Source: Promethearchaeia archaeon (lineage in GTDB: Archaea > Asgardarchaeota > Lokiarchaeia > Sigyniarchaeales > SOKP01). Taken from it: DNA of 64,000 nucleotides. The notes below the pieces were generated by a model. That model had not been told where the DNA came from. It searched no databases and was given only the letters and a program-made list of their open reading frames with translations. The stretch covers positions 64,001 through 128,000 of the forward strand of contig JAHQWG010000033.1 of assembly GCA_029856045.1 (NCBI GenBank). The letters run 5' to 3'. Shown here piece after piece: positions 58,781-64,000 of this stretch (the first letter of the stretch is position 1; each line of letters opens with the position of its first letter). Made by a program: the position numbers and the translations under genes.

Positions 58781-59755
58781 TTATACTTTTAGTTCCTCAA
58801 GAAGAGAGCCAAAAGTCAATTGGCAATATTTATCACATTCATATCCCATAAGAAGCCCAATTACTTCATTAATATGAACTGCTGGGATTGTTAGTGCTTC
58901 ACCAAAAAGATCTTTCATTTCATCCCTAAATTTATTAAGCGTGTACAGACAGGTAGGACAATTGGTAATAAGAATATCCGATTTCACCATTTCTGCACTT
59001 TTTAATTTATTAAAGGTTATTTGTAATGATTTTTCTCTATGTATTACATTTTGCGATGCGCCCCACCCGCAGCAAGAATCTCGTTCTTGATACTCTATTG
59101 GCGTCCCTCCTAAAGTTTCTATTAAGTCTTCTAATTTATGTTTTGGTGCTATAAAACTTATATCGTTTTTTTTATCTAATTTTAAATTACTATAATGGCA
59201 GCCATAATGAACCGTACATTTTAAACCATTCAATGAATATTTTAAATGGTCTCCAATATGTTCTCTTATTAAATGCAAAAAATCGAGTACATGTATAATT
59301 TTTAAATTAGGATTAATCGAGATTTTTTGATTGAATTTTTTTAATATAATTGCTGTCTTTTCTCTTACTTCTTTTGTCCTAAGAAATTTACGACCTCTTA
59401 GTAAAGAATTATTGCATCCATTGCAGGAAACAATTAAAATATCGGCTATTTTATCTATTGCAGCAATATTTCTTTCATTAATCGCGGCAAATTGAGATCT
59501 TGTTATTAAATTTCTTTGAAAAAAAGTGCCAGAACAACAAGATTGCTCTGGGCTAGTGACTACATTTAAACCAAAATCTTCTAACATCAATTTTAGGCAA
59601 TTTCTGACTCCCGGATAGTAATATTCCAAACATGCTTTAAATAAACAAATTGTTTTATCTTTAAAAAATTCTAAAGGATTATCTCCATACTGTTTTAGAA
59701 TCTCATCAGGATCTAATACAACTGAATCAACATAATCTTTCATATTTATTAGCAA
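58781..59755 (-). CDS. hdrB: Heterodisulfide reductase subunit B-like (two CCG domains)
   Basis: QSCCSG, VSCNGC, HYGCH, SCCGWG, TNCPTC. Confidence 0.88.
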   Translation of the reverse strand: MLINMKDYVDSVVLDPDEILKQYGDNPLEFFKDKTICLFKACLEYYYPGVRNCLKLMLEDFGLNVVTSPEQSCCSGTFFQRNLITRSQFAAINERNIAAIDKIADILIVSCNGCNNSLLRGRKFLRTKEVREKTAIILKKFNQKISINPNLKIIHVLDFLHLIREHIGDHLKYSLNGLKCTVHYGCHYSNLKLDKKNDISFIAPKHKLEDLIETLGGTPIEYQERDSCCGWGASQNVIHREKSLQITFNKLKSAEMVKSDILITNCPTCLYTLNKFRDEMKDLFGEALTIPAVHINEVIGLLMGYECDKYCQLTFGSLLEELKV

Positions 59756-59770
59756 TACTCCTCTCTTTTA

Positions 59771-60265
59771 TTATTCCATTCCAATATCTTTCTTACTTGC
59801 TTTATAAAGATATTGTATTCTAGCAAATTCACAAATTTTATCTATTTCCTTTATTCTCTCCTGTTTTAAATCTGATTCTTTCATGACAGTTCCATTTTCT
59901 AAAAAGTTCTTGCACATATTAATATATCTTGTTAATTGAGGTATTGCATATCCTTTTTTAAATGCTTCATTTCTTAGGGATAAAATGAATAAAGGTATAT
60001 TAATTCCTTCTTTAGGACATATCCTTGAACACTTATTACATAAGAAACAATACCATATGTCCTCTTCTCTTAAAATTGTCTCATCTCCAGTTAAAACTCT
60101 TTCAACTATTTTCCGAATATTAAAATCCGAGATTTTACTCGCTGGACAATCACCGACGCATTTCCCACAACTAATACATTGAATTATATTCCAATTTTCT
60201 TCGACATCTTTAACTATTCGATTAAAAAAGTTCCAATTATATTTTGATTCGTTTTTGGTAGCCAT
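59771..60265 (-). CDS. hdrC: Heterodisulfide reductase subunit C-like
   Basis: CISCGKCVGDCP, IWYCFLCNKCSRICP; immediately upstream of hdrB. Confidence 0.88.
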   Translation of the reverse strand: MATKNESKYNWNFFNRIVKDVEENWNIIQCISCGKCVGDCPASKISDFNIRKIVERVLTGDETILREEDIWYCFLCNKCSRICPKEGINIPLFILSLRNEAFKKGYAIPQLTRYINMCKNFLENGTVMKESDLKQERIKEIDKICEFARIQYLYKASKKDIGME

Positions 60266-60515
60266 CTTTAATGATTTCTTCCAAATTTTTTATTTCTTAA
60301 ATTATCTCAATTCTCTATATATTAAAATGAATAAAAAAGTTATTTTATTTAATTTATAAGCTTATTTTCAAGTTGAATAACTTTTTTTATTTTCAATATC
60401 CCTTTACTTCTTTAATTTATCTTAGGATTTTTTTCTCAAAAGGTTAATGTTTAATTGAATTTAAAAAAATGAAAAAAAAATATAATTAGTTCTACATCAT
60501 TTTCATAGAGAAAAA

Positions 60516-60752
60516 ATGAGAGATATAATAGTTTCAGTGCCAGATGAAATATTTAGAAGAATGAAAAAATATCCCAAAATTGATTGGGGTTCTGTAACTC
60601 TTTATGTAGTTGAAAACTATCTTGAGAATTTACAAATTTCAGATAAAATCCCTTCAAAAAGTACTCTTACAATGGAAGATACTGAAATAATTGGAGATGG
60701 GTTGAAAAAAAGAAGTTGGGAAATATATAAAAAGTATCTAAAACAATTTTAA
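60516..60752 (+). CDS. Small RHH-type antitoxin-like protein (orphan)
   Basis: DIIVSVPDEIFRRMKKYPKIDWGSV resembles archaeal VapB-type xITLSVPxELxxxMxxxxxINWSxV proteins. Confidence 0.6.
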   Translation: MRDIIVSVPDEIFRRMKKYPKIDWGSVTLYVVENYLENLQISDKIPSKSTLTMEDTEIIGDGLKKRSWEIYKKYLKQF

Positions 60753-60797
60753 AAATGAATTTGAAGTAATTTACGATAGTATAATACTTTAAAAGAA

Positions 60798-61844
60798 TTA
60801 TTTTTCTAAATCTTTAAAATAGGGTATAATTTTGTCTCTAAAGATTTCATAGACTTTGTTCACATCTGGTCCTCGATTCATAATTGTCAAATGTGTTGCA
60901 CCGGCGTCTTTATATTTCTCTATACTCGCAATAACATCATCTGTTGTACCTAAACAGTTAAAATCTTGGAGGATGGTTTCGGGTAGTTTGTCTACATATT
61001 TTAATTGCTCCATTGCGCCTTCACTGCTCATTACAAAATTATGAATGGTTAGATCACCAGATAAATTTATATTTGGATAAGCTTCGTTAACAATTGAAGT
61101 ATTGAGTAGATATGTCCCTCTAAAAAATTCACACCTTTTAATAGCATTTTCTGGATTTTTATCATCTATTGCCACAAAGCAGTCATATACATAATCAATT
61201 TCTGAAGGATCCCGACCAGCTTTCTTTGCAGCATCAGCTACTCTCTCTCGATTTTTTTTATATACCCAAGGAGGTTGATAAAGTGGATACCATCCATCTC
61301 CTAATTCTCCAGTCAATTGACGAGTTTTTGGCCCATTGCCAGCAATGTAAATTGGTGGGCTTTTTTGAACAGGTTTTATTTGAATATAAGCCTTTTTCAT
61401 TTCTCCCCAGAATTCACTTTTTGCATTAACTTTTCTCTTAGTCCAAAAATCTCTCATTAGAATTATATATTCTCTTAATTTAGTAAGAGATCTTTTCCGA
61501 TTCATTCCGTACATATCAATATTCATCGCTTCACCAGCTCCAACACCAAACATAGCTCTACCATTGCTAATATGGTCTAAGGTGGCTACTTTATGCGCCA
61601 TTAGAGCAGGATGGAACCGATGACAATCAGAAACTCCAGTACATAATGAAACCTTATTCGTTATCATTGCTAATGCCGATAAAAAACTAAAAGCATCAAA
61701 GCAAAGACCTGGTCCGGGTGGCAACATAACTGTGTGATCTGCATAAAAAACGGAATTAAAGCCACACTTCTCAGCTTTCTCTGTCCCGTTAAACATATAT
61801 TCAATGCGTGGTGTAGGTACAGGTATATGAAATCCAAACTTCAT
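60798..61844 (-). CDS. LLM-class (F420/flavin-dependent) oxidoreductase
   Basis: MKFG, YADH, HPALMAHKVATLDHISNGRAMFGVGAGE, PPIYIAGNGPK..GDGW. Confidence 0.93.
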   Translation of the reverse strand: MKFGFHIPVPTPRIEYMFNGTEKAEKCGFNSVFYADHTVMLPPGPGLCFDAFSFLSALAMITNKVSLCTGVSDCHRFHPALMAHKVATLDHISNGRAMFGVGAGEAMNIDMYGMNRKRSLTKLREYIILMRDFWTKRKVNAKSEFWGEMKKAYIQIKPVQKSPPIYIAGNGPKTRQLTGELGDGWYPLYQPPWVYKKNRERVADAAKKAGRDPSEIDYVYDCFVAIDDKNPENAIKRCEFFRGTYLLNTSIVNEAYPNINLSGDLTIHNFVMSSEGAMEQLKYVDKLPETILQDFNCLGTTDDVIASIEKYKDAGATHLTIMNRGPDVNKVYEIFRDKIIPYFKDLEK

Positions 61845-61896
61845 ATTTCTTAAAAATTACCTAAACCTATTAAAAATTTTTATTTAAAAATAGAAA

Positions 61897-63999
61897 TTAA
61901 AAATAAATTTCTTTTTTTCGGGCGTAAAACTTTACTAATTCAAACGGAATAATTGTAATTAATGAGATCAAGAAACAGATTAACCAATCCAATGCAGTTA
62001 AATTCATAAACATAAAATTAATACCAATTTGTGCTAATCCTACTTGAACTCCAGGCATATACATTAATAATAAAAACACAGCATATAGAAAGCCTAGAAT
62101 TAAATACATTCTTTTATTACTCGCTTCTTTTACACTTTTTATCAAAGATTCATTAGGGCGCCTTATTTGTAGAACTAAGATTGTTTCAGAAAAAAATAAT
62201 GTAGTCATTAGCATAGTGAGTGTTTTAACAACGTTTAAATCAATACCTGAAGTCAAAGACATTGTTTCAGTTGTGAAAAGATAAGCAGCATTTAAAATAT
62301 CAAATTCATAATTCAATGGAAAAACGGGATATAATCCTGTAATACATATTATATAAACAACTCCCATACTGATTGCAAGTAATCCACCAAATATTAGAAG
62401 TAATATAATAACATTTTTAGATAAAATTTCTTCGGAATCGCGAGGTTTCTCTTTCATTATATCTTTAGATGTAGTATCGAAAGTTAAAACCAGACCTGGG
62501 AAAGTATGAAGAGTAATTGCCAAAAATATCCATTGGAAAATATATTCTTCTGTGAGGAAATATGGGAATCCTAGAATGGCAAATAAAATAAATTGAAAAA
62601 TACCTTCAAATAAATTTATACAAATATAAAAAAATACTACAGCTCTAATTCTTGTAAAAATTCCTCGTCCTTCTCGAATTCCTTCAACAATAGAAATGAA
62701 AGAATCATCAGAAATTACCATATCAGACGCTTCTTTCGCAACATCAGTTCCTTGTATTCCCATGGCAATACCTGCATCTGCCATATTTAAAGCTAATGCG
62801 TCATTAACTCCATCTCCTGTCATTGCAACAACTTTCTTCTGTTCTTGATATTTTTCAACGATATCCTGTTTGTGTTCAGGAGACACCCTTGCAAAAACTC
62901 TCACTTTATTAAACTCCTTAGATGATTTAATAGATTTTATCTGATTCCCTTCTATTACCAATTCTCCTTCAGATAAGATTGAAATTTGGGATGCAATCGC
63001 TTTTGCAGTATTTGGGGAATCACCAGTTATCATTATAACTTCTACTCCAGCATTATTGCATAATTCAACGGATTCTTTTACACCTTCTCTTGGAGGATCT
63101 AAAATTGTCACAAATCCGATATAGATCATTTCCGATTCGCAAATATTTCTTCCTTCTTCAAGATTTTCAGGAAGGAGATCTAATTTTTTGTAGCAGAGAC
63201 TTAATATCCTGTAACCCATATTTGCATATTTATTAACATTATTCAGAATTTCCTGCTTTAAATCATCAGATAGATCCATTTCTTTATTATGATACAAAAC
63301 TCGTTTACATTGCGGAATTAAGATCTCAGTTGCGCCTTTTGTAAATGAGAAAAAAGTTTTTTCTTTTTTATATATTTTAGTCATTCTTTTTATTGAAGAA
63401 TCAAATGGATATTCTCTTATGAATTTAAACTCTTCATCAACATTATAATTTTGTATAGATTTTTGATATAATACATTGAGGGCTCCTTCAGTCGGTGAGC
63501 CAATTATATCATATTTATTAATAATTTTTTGACCTTTTGTGGCAGTTTTAATCTCTTTTTTAACTAAAGCTGAATTATTATTAAGAAAACCTGAAATCAG
63601 CAATAATTTCAACTGAGGATATTTTTCCACATTTTTAATAATTTTAGGATTCTTTATATCGTCCATCAAAATGATGTCTCCCTCTGGATTATAGCCACTC
63701 CCTGAAATTTTAAAAATTGAACCATTTACCCAAACAAATTGCACACACATTTGATTTTTAGTTAAAGTCCCAGTTTTATCTGAACATACAACGCTCACTC
63801 TACCTAAACTATCAACTGAGGCAAGATTTCGAATTATAACTCCTTTTTGAGCCATAAATAAAACTCCTGTTAATAATACAATCGTTGTAAGTAGAGGTAT
63901 ATTAATTGGCATTATATCCATTGCTGAGTTCAAACTATCTACTATTTCAAAATATAAAAATTGACTCGCGATCCATTTGATCATTAACGTTCCGAACCA
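61897..63999 (-). CDS. Cation-transporting P-type ATPase (type II, Ca2+-like), 5'-truncated by the window edge
   Basis: CSDKTGTLT, KGATE, DPPR, MITGD, FARVSPEHK, MTGDGVNDA; frame stays open to the window end. Confidence 0.95.
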   Translation of the reverse strand, partial: WFGTLMIKWIASQFLYFEIVDSLNSAMDIMPINIPLLTTIVLLTGVLFMAQKGVIIRNLASVDSLGRVSVVCSDKTGTLTKNQMCVQFVWVNGSIFKISGSGYNPEGDIILMDDIKNPKIIKNVEKYPQLKLLLISGFLNNNSALVKKEIKTATKGQKIINKYDIIGSPTEGALNVLYQKSIQNYNVDEEFKFIREYPFDSSIKRMTKIYKKEKTFFSFTKGATEILIPQCKRVLYHNKEMDLSDDLKQEILNNVNKYANMGYRILSLCYKKLDLLPENLEEGRNICESEMIYIGFVTILDPPREGVKESVELCNNAGVEVIMITGDSPNTAKAIASQISILSEGELVIEGNQIKSIKSSKEFNKVRVFARVSPEHKQDIVEKYQEQKKVVAMTGDGVNDALALNMADAGIAMGIQGTDVAKEASDMVISDDSFISIVEGIREGRGIFTRIRAVVFFYICINLFEGIFQFILFAILGFPYFLTEEYIFQWIFLAITLHTFPGLVLTFDTTSKDIMKEKPRDSEEILSKNVIILLLIFGGLLAISMGVVYIICITGLYPVFPLNYEFDILNAAYLFTTETMSLTSGIDLNVVKTLTMLMTTLFFSETILVLQIRRPNESLIKSVKEASNKRMYLILGFLYAVFLLLMYMPGVQVGLAQIGINFMFMNLTALDWLICFLISLITIIPFELVKFYARKKEIYF

Positions 64000-64000
64000 G

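Noticed and set aside
800-61429. Numerous 60-107 aa ORFs overlapping larger genes (e.g. 800-1069, 8664-8984, 13320-13604, 34393-34692, 56707-57030, 57439-57747)
   Set aside because: Antisense or alternate-frame shadows of well-supported genes, without motifs of their own
1-64000. CRISPR arrays, tRNA/rRNA genes, transposases, integrases and inteins
   Set aside because: No regularly spaced repeats, cloverleaf/T-loop signatures, rRNA-like GC-rich tracts, DDE/Y1/tyrosine-recombinase motifs or intein splice motifs were seen by eye

Overview
Very AT-rich, densely coding archaeal chromosomal segment. It is most likely from an Asgard archaeon (Lokiarchaeia-like), inferred from Alba, CDP-archaeol synthase, a Sec11-type signal peptidase, HdrA-MvhD/HdrBC, a gelsolin-domain protein, a vWA-RING protein, a stand-alone 7TM protein and a Loki-CTERM-like sorting signal. 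I found no rRNA, tRNA, CRISPR array or intact transposase. Most genes are housekeeping or metabolic: GH35, UvrD, beta-CASP nuclease, radical SAM, LLM oxidoreductases, a glycosylation cluster, an ABC exporter, an MA1821/MA1822-type homocysteine pathway and a P-type ATPase. The most striking region is 24.3-31.2 kb. It holds a 720-aa protein whose N-terminus aligns by eye with the adaptin mu-homology domain, and a TrmB-HTH/coiled-coil protein. The two share a C-terminal four-helix domain resembling the ESCRT-I Vps28 CTD. They flank a gelsolin-domain gene, a zinc-ribbon/scramblase-like gene and an archaetidylserine synthase-like gene, suggesting a proto-coat/ESCRT/actin membrane-remodelling neighbourhood. 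Other observations are two structured intergenic ncRNA candidates, a duplicated promoter/N-terminus gene pair, an unannotated 59-aa Cys-rich protein, two genes that appear to need non-canonical (ATT/ATA) starts, and a putative PadR operator array. All homology calls were made by eye from motifs; no database searches were run.
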